From the NCBI GenBank assembly GCA_037129835.1, contig JBAXUE010000002.1:66334-130333 (forward strand): a stretch of DNA of 64,000 nucleotides, in the 5' to 3' direction. A program made the translations under genes and the position numbers. Under the pieces are notes generated by a model. That model ran no database searches. It worked only from the letters and a program-made list of their open reading frames with translations, and was not told where the DNA came from. Position 1 is the stretch's first letter. The number at the start of each line of letters is the position of its first letter. Below are positions 38,094-47,672 of the stretch, in pieces. Source of the DNA: a bacterium. GTDB taxonomy: Bacteria; Patescibacteriota; CPR2; UBA1875; CAIMLA01.

Positions 38094-39956
38094 TTAGCAC
38101 CCGCCTCCACCGCCACCGCCGCCACCACCACCAGCTCCACCAGAACCAGACATCGAAGAGCTAGCGACAGATGATGAAACAGAAGACATGGCCGATGAAA
38201 AAGAGTCGGCATTGAAGTTATTAAAAGAGCCGACATACCAAACGGGTGCATATGTATTGAAGTATTCCTTGCCATAGATATCTTCCATTTTCTTTGCCCA
38301 TTCTTTGGTAATGCCAAATACGATTGCATAGGGCAGTAGCTTTTCAAATATCCCCTCTTTTTCATAGAATCTTTGGCGATATTTTTCGGCAATATTCATA
38401 TAATATCTCAGTCCTTCTATTCTCCATCTAGCTTCTGCTCCCTTGGGCGTTACTTTGTCCATCAGAATCCCAAAGATAATGAGTATAGCCGCCGAGATAC
38501 CAAATGATGCGGTAACAAAAAAATTGGAACTTGCGATAATATAGGCAAGAAAAGCAAAGAAGCCACCTATGCTTAAAATAATTATTTGATTTTTACTACC
38601 GCTAGTATCTAAATATCCAGCTGAAACCAACTCTGCTTTTATTAGTTTTTCTACCATCGTATACGTGGTTGTGAATTTATTTTTTAAAGCCGATAGTTTC
38701 CTAGTTGTTTGAAGACCCATATCTACTTCGTTTTTGGGGTCATAGTCTCCTGGAGTTATTTTTGGCTTGCCCGAGAATATTAGTCCAATTTTGCCGATAA
38801 CATTTACCGGATCCATAAAAACACCTCGAATAAGTATCCTTTGATGCTCTTTGAGTTTACTAAAGTCCCGATTGAGTAGGGTGAATTGAAAATCCTTTCC
38901 GAGTCCTAGAAAGCTACCCTTGATTTCCTCGATTTTTAGATATTTGTTTGTTGCTAGATATACAAGTTCAGCAGCGATAAATTTATCTTTACCACCACCA
39001 CCTTGTAAGTAGCTGATCTCCCCAGGAGATAATTCGTCTGGTGGGTCGTATTCGGCAACTATCGCGGCTTTCTTCTTTGGGTCGCGGCCGTATTTATACC
39101 AAAACCAAAATACAAACGGGAAGAGGAACAAAGGGATTATTAACCAAAAAACATCAAAAGGAACGATATCGAAGAGTCCGAGCTTGGCGGCCGTGAATGT
39201 GTTTTTGGGTAGTTTTGCATCAATCGTAATCCCATCCCCTTTTCGCATAAGTTCTGTCCGCGTAAGTGATAAGGTGTTGTCGGTGTTCCAAGAAGCCGTA
39301 GAGCTAATGTTATTAGTGCCCCCTTGACTACCGTAGTATATCTTGTAATCTATCTGGTTTTCGGTAACGTTATCAGGGAATCTAATCGTCGCGACAACTT
39401 GGTCTATCTCCATGTCCCAGCTGTTGCCAGTAATATTCCAATTAAATCTGTCATAGTCAGAATTGGAATAGTCTATACCGTTTTTGACATGATAAGTTAC
39501 CATATATTCATTCACCCCCGATACATTTACTAGGTCATCCGCGATTCTCAAAGTGATGAGGCCACTTAAAGAATCAATAGTAGTTGTATAGTATCGGTTT
39601 TTTCCGGAAAAGTCAGTAACAGAAGAAATAACTATTGGCGTAAAGATAATATTACCCTGATCGCTTAGATAGCGAGTAGGTAAAACTCTAAAGATACCGT
39701 GTTTGTCATATACATCGCCAATATCTGCGGTAATTTTCTCCGTAATGTCTAATGATGAGTCCTGATTTACTATAATATTGGTCTCAAAATTCTGTACGTA
39801 CCACTCGGTGATGTTGGTGCGGCGAGGTGGTATCGATAACTCATTAAAGGTTAAATTGTCTGTGTTTAAGCTATCAGCTGTGAAACTATTTAGGGTCTGA
39901 GCTGATACGGTGATTGGAAACAATAATAAAGTTAAGAATATAAAAATTTTCTTCAT
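38094..39956 (-). CDS. DUF2207-like membrane protein with signal peptide, large extracytoplasmic domain, TM helices and C-terminal poly-Gly tail
   Basis: Signal peptide, about 270-aa ectodomain, 3 or more TM helices, and a tail GSGGAGGGGGGGGGGGC encoded by a (GGN)n tract at 38101-38150. Confidence 0.5.
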   Translation of the reverse strand: MKKIFIFLTLLLFPITVSAQTLNSFTADSLNTDNLTFNELSIPPRRTNITEWYVQNFETNIIVNQDSSLDITEKITADIGDVYDKHGIFRVLPTRYLSDQGNIIFTPIVISSVTDFSGKNRYYTTTIDSLSGLITLRIADDLVNVSGVNEYMVTYHVKNGIDYSNSDYDRFNWNITGNSWDMEIDQVVATIRFPDNVTENQIDYKIYYGSQGGTNNISSTASWNTDNTLSLTRTELMRKGDGITIDAKLPKNTFTAAKLGLFDIVPFDVFWLIIPLFLFPFVFWFWYKYGRDPKKKAAIVAEYDPPDELSPGEISYLQGGGGKDKFIAAELVYLATNKYLKIEEIKGSFLGLGKDFQFTLLNRDFSKLKEHQRILIRGVFMDPVNVIGKIGLIFSGKPKITPGDYDPKNEVDMGLQTTRKLSALKNKFTTTYTMVEKLIKAELVSAGYLDTSGSKNQIIILSIGGFFAFLAYIIASSNFFVTASFGISAAILIIFGILMDKVTPKGAEARWRIEGLRYYMNIAEKYRQRFYEKEGIFEKLLPYAIVFGITKEWAKKMEDIYGKEYFNTYAPVWYVGSFNNFNADSFSSAMSSVSSSVASSSMSGSGGAGGGGGGGGGGGC

Positions 39957-40063
39957 AAATATATCTTACACTTTATTGAAATTATTTAATACTAAAGTAT
40001 AAAATCTTAATTAAAATAATCTTTACAGTAATTCAGAAAGCGTTAAAAACTAAGCTTATGAGA

Positions 40064-43000
40064 TTATTCTTCTTTGCTTTCGATTTCCGCAGCTGCCTTG
40101 ATGGCTATCATGGTTTTCCAGAGATCTTGTAATGTGCTTAAGCCCTCGGTATGGCTAAGTGCGGCCTGACTCGGTTTGCTTATTTCGACGAAACCGGCTT
40201 TACCGATAATCTCAGGGACAAAACCTTGTGAGTCATCATTAATCGGTTTCTCATAGTCAGTCCACGGGTCTACAAAGGCTACTTCCATGTGTTTTTCGGT
40301 CGGCATTATCTCAACAAATTTTGTATGATCTTCACCGACACCATCCTTGGTTTTACCAAAAAATCGTAATGTTACTCCACCGAGAGATTCCTGTCTTCTG
40401 TTTAAAAAGTTGTAAAGACACTCGAGAGATCGGGGTGCTCTTCTAGTAGATTCATCCATAAATAAAGCTCTTCCTCCAAGCATTGAAATCATTTTGAGGA
40501 ATGTGAGATACTCATCGATCCCCTCTGGCTCATCTTTACTGGCGTTAGAAAGACTAGAAGGAATTTTCGTGCCATATATTGGTATTATAAGCTCATCGTC
40601 ATATCCAATAGCTTCTTTTGCCTCTGTAATTAATGTTTCGTCTAAGGCGCCAGTTTGTTCATACTCTTCAAAGGCGGCTTCAATCCGATCTTTATTTGCT
40701 CGTACAAAATTGCGAATATCATCGGTACGAAGCTCTTGGAGTATTTTTCTTTCTTTAGCAAACTGTTCTGGTAAGTATTCGGCTGCTACATCGGCAGGAC
40801 CAGTCCTCTCATTGGCAAGCAAAAAAACAGGGCTTTCTGGATTTTCTCTTTGATATAACAGAGCCGTATTCCAAGTAGTGACTGATGACTCAATATTATG
40901 TTCCATAGTTTCTATCAATTGCTCTGGAGTAAAATTTGATTTTCTACGATTTCTACCTTTTTTGTCTTCTAGTGAACCAAGCTGTTCGTAAAAAATATCT
41001 CCAGTAGTATAGGCTGAACCCTTTTCTATAATTTTTTGTGCGATATATTTTGCCATTTCTACCAGTGGTATTGCATTAGGATGTTCTCTTTTTATCTTCA
41101 CAAATTCTCTTAGAAACTCAACAGGCATCTTAAAATTCTTTGGCTTAATATTTAGATCGCTGACAATCTCATCGTAGATCTTTCTGATGTGTATATAATC
41201 GGAGGAAAAACGGTCAATCTGTGCTGCATCTTGGGAAAAAGGAACAAAACCTTCCTTGAAACCATCCAAAGAGGCTTCTAGCTTACTCTGTATCTGCTCT
41301 ACAGTATCATCTAGGGTTACTTGGTCTTCTGTCAGCCACCTAAGTGCCCGTGAAATTATTTGAAATCTATCGGCGTCAGAATAATTTTCTAGTTCCCTTG
41401 TTAGTATTTGTAGTTTTATTGGGTTATCAAACTGTTTATAACAGGAAATGTCCAGTAGTATCTGTGTGGCTTCTTTTCCCTCTGCAAACAAAGATGCTGT
41501 CAACTGTCCCAACTCAGAATTTTTTGTTTCCTCTAGGTCAGATATTCTTTCGTCGGAAATATTCGTAATGTTATCCACAAAAGTCATAAAAGAATCAAGT
41601 AATAGTTCTCGATTTTCTTTTTTGATACTACCGCTTTCTATAGTGTCTTGGTAAACGTCTATAAAATACCAGAAATTATCAAGACCGGTTTTGTCGATCA
41701 CTTTACTAAAAAATTCTATATCATCATCTCCGCTAAATAATTCGGGATTCGACACAAGATATTCGCAAAGCCTTGTATAATTTATTGCTTCAGTGTGATC
41801 TGTGGCAGACCCCAATATTTTATTTATAAAATCCTTGAAACCAGGCTTTTCGGCAAGAATAAAGACATTCGGCAAAGCCTCTTCGGATAAATATAGGTCA
41901 TAAAATAATTCATTATTTGCCCTTAAGTCTGTTATGTATGCGACATATTCGCTAGCTGCAGTCACCTGCTCTTTTGTAACTCCATGTACCTGTCCATATA
42001 ATTCGAACCCAGACTCGGAAATTTTGTCAGAAAGGAAAAGAGCATCCAATAACATTTTTGCAGTATTTTTGCTTTTCCCAAGCCTTTCGTAATTGTTCAA
42101 CAATACAAGGATAGCAGTCCTAACATATTCTAAATCTCCTTTATAGGTAAATTCTTGGAAGATTTCCACTAAAGAAGCTATAACTCTTGGGTTGGTAGCG
42201 GTTTGAAGTGCTTGGTCGAGCTCGTTTAGATGATCAGCTTTTGCTTGCTCTACATTCTCACTACCATCTTTATCTTTTTCTGGAAAATCTTCCATAATCC
42301 CAATGATAAAAAATCGCTCTTCTTCAGTTCCATTGTTGGCAAAATATAGTGCAGTTTGCCTTAAAAGGCGGCGAAATTCACGGTCATTGTCAAAATTACT
42401 TTTTTCTCCACTGTCTTGATACCAAAGTTGCAGGGTATTCGGATTGGCCTTGATGAAAAGTATAAAATCCAGAAGCTCTTTGGGGAGCTCTATTAGGTTT
42501 CTCAAGTCATCAGATGAAAGTGACTCTAGATATCCGGGTAACTGATCAATATATGGCCAACCTCCAGAATAACCTACCTCTCTAAAGGCATTTAGGACAT
42601 TAATCTTTACGGCCTCGGGATCTTTAAAAGAAAGAAGCATAGAGCTACATCTCACCGAAAGGTCTGAATGGTCGTTTATTACTGTCATTTCATCGATAAT
42701 TGATCTTTTTATTTTAGTACGGATTATATCGACTAGGGTTTCTCCAAAAATATCTGACAAACCAGGGGCTTCTATTAAGAATTTGATTAAATCACGTTTT
42801 TGATTAAGAAAATCACCATCAATTTCAGTTATTAATCGTTTTAGCATTGTGGTATCTGCAATTGAGTCTTTTTGAGGGTTGCTTTCGACTTGTCGTATGC
42901 GTTTTCTTATCAATTCGGCTAGATCATTGTATTTATCGAATTCTGTAAAAATAGTAACGGCATCTGCAATATTATTTCTACTAATATTCATTGATTTCCT

Positions 43001-43846
43001 GATCTCAGAGGCTAAATCATGGCCACCGATCTCCCTAATTTTTTCTTCAGTCTCTGAAAAGTCACCGTCTTGGTAAAATTCTAAAAGGGGTACTCTCGCT
43101 TTTTCTAAGTTTTCATCAGAAAGTGCTTTTATTTGTTTGACCAGATAGTCGCGATAAGGCCAGACAATCAATTCTTTTTCTGCTTCTTCTCGTGTCTTCC
43201 GAGCTTCTTGAACAAAGTATTCATAGAAGGAAAGACCCATCTTCTTTTGTAATTCTACCCCTGGATCTAACTCATCTTTTTCGGTTAGGATGCTATTTAC
43301 GGCTTGTTTCATCTCGTCGATCTCTTCCCAACCGACAGACATAGATGGTTCTGCGATACTAATGATTGAACTTATAGTTAGCGCGCCATTAAAATTATAA
43401 TATTCTGGTTGTACGGGGCTAGTAATATTTGAAGATTCTTTAAGTCTTGGGAGGTTATTTTGTAAAACCTTGATTCTAACGTTATTTTCTCTGATGGAAA
43501 TGCTCAGCTGGACAATTTCTGTGATGATTGTTTCTAGTTCTTGATTTGTATTATCTTTAGATAATATCTCTCTCAATTGAGACATTAATGTGAATAATTT
43601 TTCATCAAACCTGCCGTTCATTTCCACCCAAATTTTAAGAGACTTGCATAGTTCTTCATACTCCGTCACATCAATTTGTTCTTTCGACTCTAGTTCCATC
43701 TTATAGTCTACGATAGAGGGCAAAAGCGGTTTTGTAATGTCAATATATAGACGAGAAAGTAGTTCGTTCTTGTCAATGCGTTTTTCTAATCTTTGATAAG
43801 GCGTTTCCGGGAACTCTGTATTCTCATGTTCTATTTCTTGGCTCAT
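40064..43846 (-). CDS. Giant (1260 aa) acidic, predominantly alpha-helical cytoplasmic protein without recognisable domains
   Basis: Uninterrupted ORF with no TM helix and no nucleotide-binding or catalytic motif I can recognise. Last gene of a three-gene same-strand cluster. Confidence 0.6.
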   Translation of the reverse strand: MSQEIEHENTEFPETPYQRLEKRIDKNELLSRLYIDITKPLLPSIVDYKMELESKEQIDVTEYEELCKSLKIWVEMNGRFDEKLFTLMSQLREILSKDNTNQELETIITEIVQLSISIRENNVRIKVLQNNLPRLKESSNITSPVQPEYYNFNGALTISSIISIAEPSMSVGWEEIDEMKQAVNSILTEKDELDPGVELQKKMGLSFYEYFVQEARKTREEAEKELIVWPYRDYLVKQIKALSDENLEKARVPLLEFYQDGDFSETEEKIREIGGHDLASEIRKSMNISRNNIADAVTIFTEFDKYNDLAELIRKRIRQVESNPQKDSIADTTMLKRLITEIDGDFLNQKRDLIKFLIEAPGLSDIFGETLVDIIRTKIKRSIIDEMTVINDHSDLSVRCSSMLLSFKDPEAVKINVLNAFREVGYSGGWPYIDQLPGYLESLSSDDLRNLIELPKELLDFILFIKANPNTLQLWYQDSGEKSNFDNDREFRRLLRQTALYFANNGTEEERFFIIGIMEDFPEKDKDGSENVEQAKADHLNELDQALQTATNPRVIASLVEIFQEFTYKGDLEYVRTAILVLLNNYERLGKSKNTAKMLLDALFLSDKISESGFELYGQVHGVTKEQVTAASEYVAYITDLRANNELFYDLYLSEEALPNVFILAEKPGFKDFINKILGSATDHTEAINYTRLCEYLVSNPELFSGDDDIEFFSKVIDKTGLDNFWYFIDVYQDTIESGSIKKENRELLLDSFMTFVDNITNISDERISDLEETKNSELGQLTASLFAEGKEATQILLDISCYKQFDNPIKLQILTRELENYSDADRFQIISRALRWLTEDQVTLDDTVEQIQSKLEASLDGFKEGFVPFSQDAAQIDRFSSDYIHIRKIYDEIVSDLNIKPKNFKMPVEFLREFVKIKREHPNAIPLVEMAKYIAQKIIEKGSAYTTGDIFYEQLGSLEDKKGRNRRKSNFTPEQLIETMEHNIESSVTTWNTALLYQRENPESPVFLLANERTGPADVAAEYLPEQFAKERKILQELRTDDIRNFVRANKDRIEAAFEEYEQTGALDETLITEAKEAIGYDDELIIPIYGTKIPSSLSNASKDEPEGIDEYLTFLKMISMLGGRALFMDESTRRAPRSLECLYNFLNRRQESLGGVTLRFFGKTKDGVGEDHTKFVEIMPTEKHMEVAFVDPWTDYEKPINDDSQGFVPEIIGKAGFVEISKPSQAALSHTEGLSTLQDLWKTMIAIKAAAEIESKEE

Positions 43847-43945
43847 AAAGTAATATTAATATTATTTAAGCTTTATTACAAGAAACTATTATCATTGAGA
43901 TTCTTATTTCCTAGATATATGACATGGGTCTATTTTGTATATATG

Positions 43946-44752
43946 TTATAAAACTTTTAATTCTTTCGCACGCTTTATTTGAGAAATATCTTCTGGTATT
44001 TTCCCAGCTAGAGAGTTTCCTTTAAATGATTGAATAATCCTAACTTCTTCAATATCAATATCGACTCGACTGGTAGAGGCTAATACCAGTCCTGGTTCTC
44101 TGATTGTGCCTTTTGACGGACCACCCGTGATAAAGCATTTTCTAGCATCCATAATGATGAGATCTGGTGTATAGATAGTATTCATCTCAGCGACTTTCTC
44201 GGATACTTTGCCGAGATGTAGACTGATTCTCTCTGTTGGCTTCATAAAGCCAATAATAATCTTCAGTGCACCGGTAAAGTCAGCGATAAAGTGGGTTTTG
44301 CAGCAGGGCAAGAGAATAATCTTGTCTACTTCATCCATGATCTTTGGCACTGATACTTTCTTTAGATATTTTCCTTCTGGGATTTGTTTTGTCACCCACT
44401 GATGGTCATCAAAAATGTATATATCCGGTGGTGTCTTGGATTTCTGCAGGTCATAGACACATGCCTTGCACAATGTCTTTTCTGTTGATATAGAGTGATT
44501 ACTGATAGTAAAAGTTGAGCTCTCGCCCACTATCACCCTTTTGGCTCCAGCTGCGAAGACGAGCTCGACAGTAGCTGCCAAGAAGTCTGGTGCTGTCGAT
44601 GCCGGTGATTCATCCGCGGTATTGTAGTTGGGCTTTATTAGTACAGTCTCACCTTTTTTAACGAAATTATCAAAACCACCAATTTCATCAACTGCTTTTT
44701 GAATTGATGGCTTAATATCTTTTTCTGCTTTTACCTTGGCTATATGCATCAT
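43946..44752 (-). CDS. DUF362 domain protein
   Basis: ETVLIKPNYNTADESPASTAPDFLAATVELVFAAGAKRVIVGESS fits the DUF362 N-terminal pattern (vliKPN…tT.p.vv.a…ag). Confidence 0.5.
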   Translation of the reverse strand: MMHIAKVKAEKDIKPSIQKAVDEIGGFDNFVKKGETVLIKPNYNTADESPASTAPDFLAATVELVFAAGAKRVIVGESSTFTISNHSISTEKTLCKACVYDLQKSKTPPDIYIFDDHQWVTKQIPEGKYLKKVSVPKIMDEVDKIILLPCCKTHFIADFTGALKIIIGFMKPTERISLHLGKVSEKVAEMNTIYTPDLIIMDARKCFITGGPSKGTIREPGLVLASTSRVDIDIEEVRIIQSFKGNSLAGKIPEDISQIKRAKELKVL

Positions 44753-44765
44753 AATTTTTTTATCC

Positions 44766-46043
44766 TTATCTGATTATGTCTTCCATCCCATGTTTTAAAA
44801 GTAATCTAATGAACTCCCCAGAGGTAAATATCTTTGCGAAGTTTGGTCCACTAGCGGTAAGGTCCGCACCTTCTTTTTCTGAGAGCAGCTTAAGTAGCGC
44901 TTCGGCTTCTTCTGGGTCAACGATATTTTCTACTGAGTGTGAGCTTTTCCCTCCGATTTGAATAGCTGATTTTCTTCTTTGTTTTCTTGTTTCTGACATG
45001 TAATAATCAGTCATAAATTTATCATAGTCTGGGTCCATCATAGATACCTCTCGATAGATTCCTTCATTGGTTAACTCAGTCATTTCTTCATTTATCTCAT
45101 ATCCGGTCATCATGACAGTGTCGCCTTCACTATTATCTATCCTGATTCTCCCACCCAAAATCTTAACAGCATATCCGTCTTTTAGTGTTCCGTCTGGTTT
45201 TAGTAGCCTTTCTTTGTAAAAGTTTTCAACTCTAGTCTTGAACTCGGCATTCTGCTTATAATGATTGTTATTTTTGATAAAACTGTTTATCAGCTGTCTT
45301 TCGAAATTAGCTATTATCACTTTTGCTAGTCTATCTTTTTCTTCTGGGTCGGTTACTAACTCTGGCTTTGACTCTAGGTGAATATATTCATGAGACAGTG
45401 TATGTGATACATCAAGTAGCTTCATTTGTCGTATTTGCTCTGGTGTATGAATAGCTGTGATCTCTGGGCTCTCAAACTGATATGAAAATTCCTGCATATT
45501 CTTTTTTACGTCTGCATAAGTCATATATGCCTTACCGTCCTCGACGAAGCTAGTAGTGGCAAATACATAATCTTTTCCTGGTTCTAGGTACATGGTGAAT
45601 TCAAATTCGTCCTTAAGAATCTTTTGTAGATCTTTTGTTTCAGTAGAACGACTGTCAGATTCTTTCTTTTCTATTACTTCGCCGTCCACTATTTCGAATA
45701 AATCGGCTGAGAAATCTGCTGCGATATCTGGGACAATTTTTTCCATTGCTTGTTTTACAGATATAGATGCTTCAGCTATCAATGATTGCATAACAGGGAT
45801 AATCTCTGCCTTTTCTTTCTCAATATCTCGGGTCATCTCATTAGCTTCATTTATTTGATCAATACTGTCTTGAGACCCCTTGGGGTCGTTCTCACGGTGT
45901 TTTGTAAAAAATCCCTCTGCTCTTGAGTAATCTTCTGTGCTAGGCAATGTAACATTGCGATCACTCGCTATTGCTTCTGCAATTTTCTTTACTACGAGTC
46001 CTTCTTTGTAGGCTTCGTCGTTGCTAAGTCTTTCTGGTGTCAT
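44766..46043 (-). CDS. Hypothetical 425-aa protein with HExxH (SHEYIH) motif; first gene of the giant-protein operon
   Basis: HEYIH motif. No TM. 13-nt gap to the DUF362 gene. Confidence 0.45.
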   Translation of the reverse strand: MTPERLSNDEAYKEGLVVKKIAEAIASDRNVTLPSTEDYSRAEGFFTKHRENDPKGSQDSIDQINEANEMTRDIEKEKAEIIPVMQSLIAEASISVKQAMEKIVPDIAADFSADLFEIVDGEVIEKKESDSRSTETKDLQKILKDEFEFTMYLEPGKDYVFATTSFVEDGKAYMTYADVKKNMQEFSYQFESPEITAIHTPEQIRQMKLLDVSHTLSHEYIHLESKPELVTDPEEKDRLAKVIIANFERQLINSFIKNNNHYKQNAEFKTRVENFYKERLLKPDGTLKDGYAVKILGGRIRIDNSEGDTVMMTGYEINEEMTELTNEGIYREVSMMDPDYDKFMTDYYMSETRKQRRKSAIQIGGKSSHSVENIVDPEEAEALLKLLSEKEGADLTASGPNFAKIFTSGEFIRLLLKHGMEDIIR

Positions 46044-46168
46044 ATTATTCTTCCCTTATTATCAAATATTACCTCAGTTAGTTGTTGTAAACAACCTTAG
46101 TTTACAAAAGTTCGGAGCCCAAGATCGGGCCCCATTAGGGTGCCGTCCATGGGCTCATATTGTTCTAC

Positions 46169-46492
46169 TTACTTCTTCTCGAAGGCTGGTGGTTTTACCC
46201 ACACACCTCTTTTGCGAAGTAGCTTATAGAAACCTTTTAGGATATCTTGGTATTCCGACTCTACAGTCGAAATGTTGAGCTGTTGCCAAGCCTCCTTTAG
46301 TTCTCGATACGAGATGTTGCTCGCTAGTGACTTCCACTGGTCTTGAGCCCCAAAGTAGAAGATATAGCTACTAGGGCCGCATCGCTTTCCGGTGATGTGT
46401 ATCACTATTTCTCGACGACGATTCGACTTGCATAAATAGACTTTGACACAGTTGTGTCGAAAGCATCTGCCGATAAAGCCAAGCTTACTCAC
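46169..46492 (-). CDS. Hypothetical ~107-aa Cys/His-rich protein in GC-rich island (probable GTG start)
   Basis: SD GAGAGGAGGA lies 6 nt before the GTG (VSKLGFIGRCFRHNCVKVYLCKSNRRR…). GC-rich coding sequence unlike its surroundings. Confidence 0.4.
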   Translation of the reverse strand: MSKLGFIGRCFRHNCVKVYLCKSNRRREIVIHITGKRCGPSSYIFYFGAQDQWKSLASNISYRELKEAWQQLNISTVESEYQDILKGFYKLLRKRGVWVKPPAFEKK

Positions 46493-46533
46493 GATGGGTC
46501 CTCCTCTCACTAGGGGCAGATTGTGCGACTACT

Positions 46534-46650
46534 CTAGCTGCGGTGCTTCTTCTTCCCTTTTCTTGGGTGAGCAGCAGTTACGGCCTTGCCACAACCTCTG
46601 GCGCAACATTTCCTGCAACGCCGCAGATCCTTTTCGTTACAGATTCGCAT
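46534..46650 (-). CDS. Candidate 38-aa Cys-rich basic peptide (MRICNEKDLRRCRKCCARGCGKAVTAAHPRKGKKKHRS)
   Basis: Strong SD GGGGGGAG 5 nt before the ATG. The longer annotated ORF prefix is AT-rich and probably non-coding. Confidence 0.35.
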   Translation of the reverse strand: MRICNEKDLRRCRKCCARGCGKAVTAAHPRKGKKKHRS

Positions 46651-47066
46651 GCTCGCTCCCCCCGATAGTAATGGATACCAGACTAGGTGATAATATACTA
46701 AAATATTTGTCAGAGCAAGGTAAATCTGCTCAAAATTAATTAATAATTGTAAATATATTTTGTAATATGCGGCCATTTTCTTTGCATAAAGCCACAAAGG
46801 TTCTCTCAGCTTTTGCTCAGATTTGATGTATACAATATAGATGTCATTTAAACAAGGAAGGAGATGAATGACAAAACCTGGCGAGTAGTGATCGCCGCTA
46901 TCAAGACTTGGCGCCACTGGAGGACACGAATTTCACAAAGAGTTGGTGCTAGTGTGTCGCAAAAGTCGGATAGCAAATACAGTTCAGGGCTAGAAGTACA
47001 TATTCTCAGCTCGGGCAGGGTCACGAAAACCACCACAACTAAATATATATTTTTCATTCCACTCAA

Positions 47067-47099
47067 AATAATAGAGGCCATCCCCCGGCCTCTATTATT
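47067..47099. terminator. Perfect 13-bp stem-loop AATAATAGAGGCC-atccccc-GGCCTCTATTATT, probable intrinsic terminator
   Basis: Verified stem and 7-nt loop. T-rich flanks on both strands. Confidence 0.5.
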
Positions 47100-47269
47100 A
47101 TTAATATCAATAATGCAAAAAGCCATCGTTTGGGAACGATAGCTTCCATAGGCATTCCTCTCTGTTGTTGGAATAATAGATGGTTTGCTGTTTGGTCGAA
47201 GTCCTCTGCGATATTACTCGCTCTCTCACCTACTGGTGAGACCCATGGGCTCCATTGTTGCGGTGTTGA

Positions 47270-47512
47270 CTAGCTTGGGAATTTGATTCGCTTGCCAATT
47301 TTTTCGGCTCTTACTGCCTTAAGGAATTCTTCGGGTTCTATCCCAAAGTGCTCCGAGAGCCAGTTTTGAACCTCACAGAGGGCGTAGTTGCGTTCCCACA
47401 ACGTATCTCCTCTAAAGGACTGTGAAGCCAAAGCGATAACCTCCGCTCTGCTAAAACTGTCATAACCGTCTTTGTTGGTACTGTTACTCCCTTTCTTCAT
47501 GATTGTCTCCAA
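47270..47512 (-). CDS. Hypothetical 80-aa protein (GC-rich island)
   Basis: ORF with acidic/aromatic composition. No motif. Confidence 0.35.
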   Translation of the reverse strand: METIMKKGSNSTNKDGYDSFSRAEVIALASQSFRGDTLWERNYALCEVQNWLSEHFGIEPEEFLKAVRAEKIGKRIKFPS

Positions 47513-47630
47513 TCGCTAAACGCTGGTTTGATCCAACGCTGTCGTCTTATGAACGACAAGAACTGATAGGACTTAACACAAACGATATTATAGTCATTTA
47601 ACGGGGTTTTGTCAATAAGCATCAATAATA

Positions 47631-47664
47631 AAGCCGAGGTGATCTTTCCCCCTCGGTTTTATTT
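47631..47664 (-). terminator. Intrinsic terminator downstream of ABC transporter operon (bidirectional character)
   Basis: AAGCCGAGG-tgatctttccc-CCTCGGTTT stem-loop followed by TTTTATTT. Lies 10 nt after the ABC ATPase stop. Confidence 0.55.
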
Positions 47665-47672
47665 AATGGTAA

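Noticed and set aside
46848-47126. 92-aa - strand ORF in island A
   Set aside because: Low-complexity hydrophobic junk spanning the terminator hairpin. The overlapping + strand ORF (46864-47142) has an SD but also runs through the hairpin, so it is left as ambiguous rather than called.
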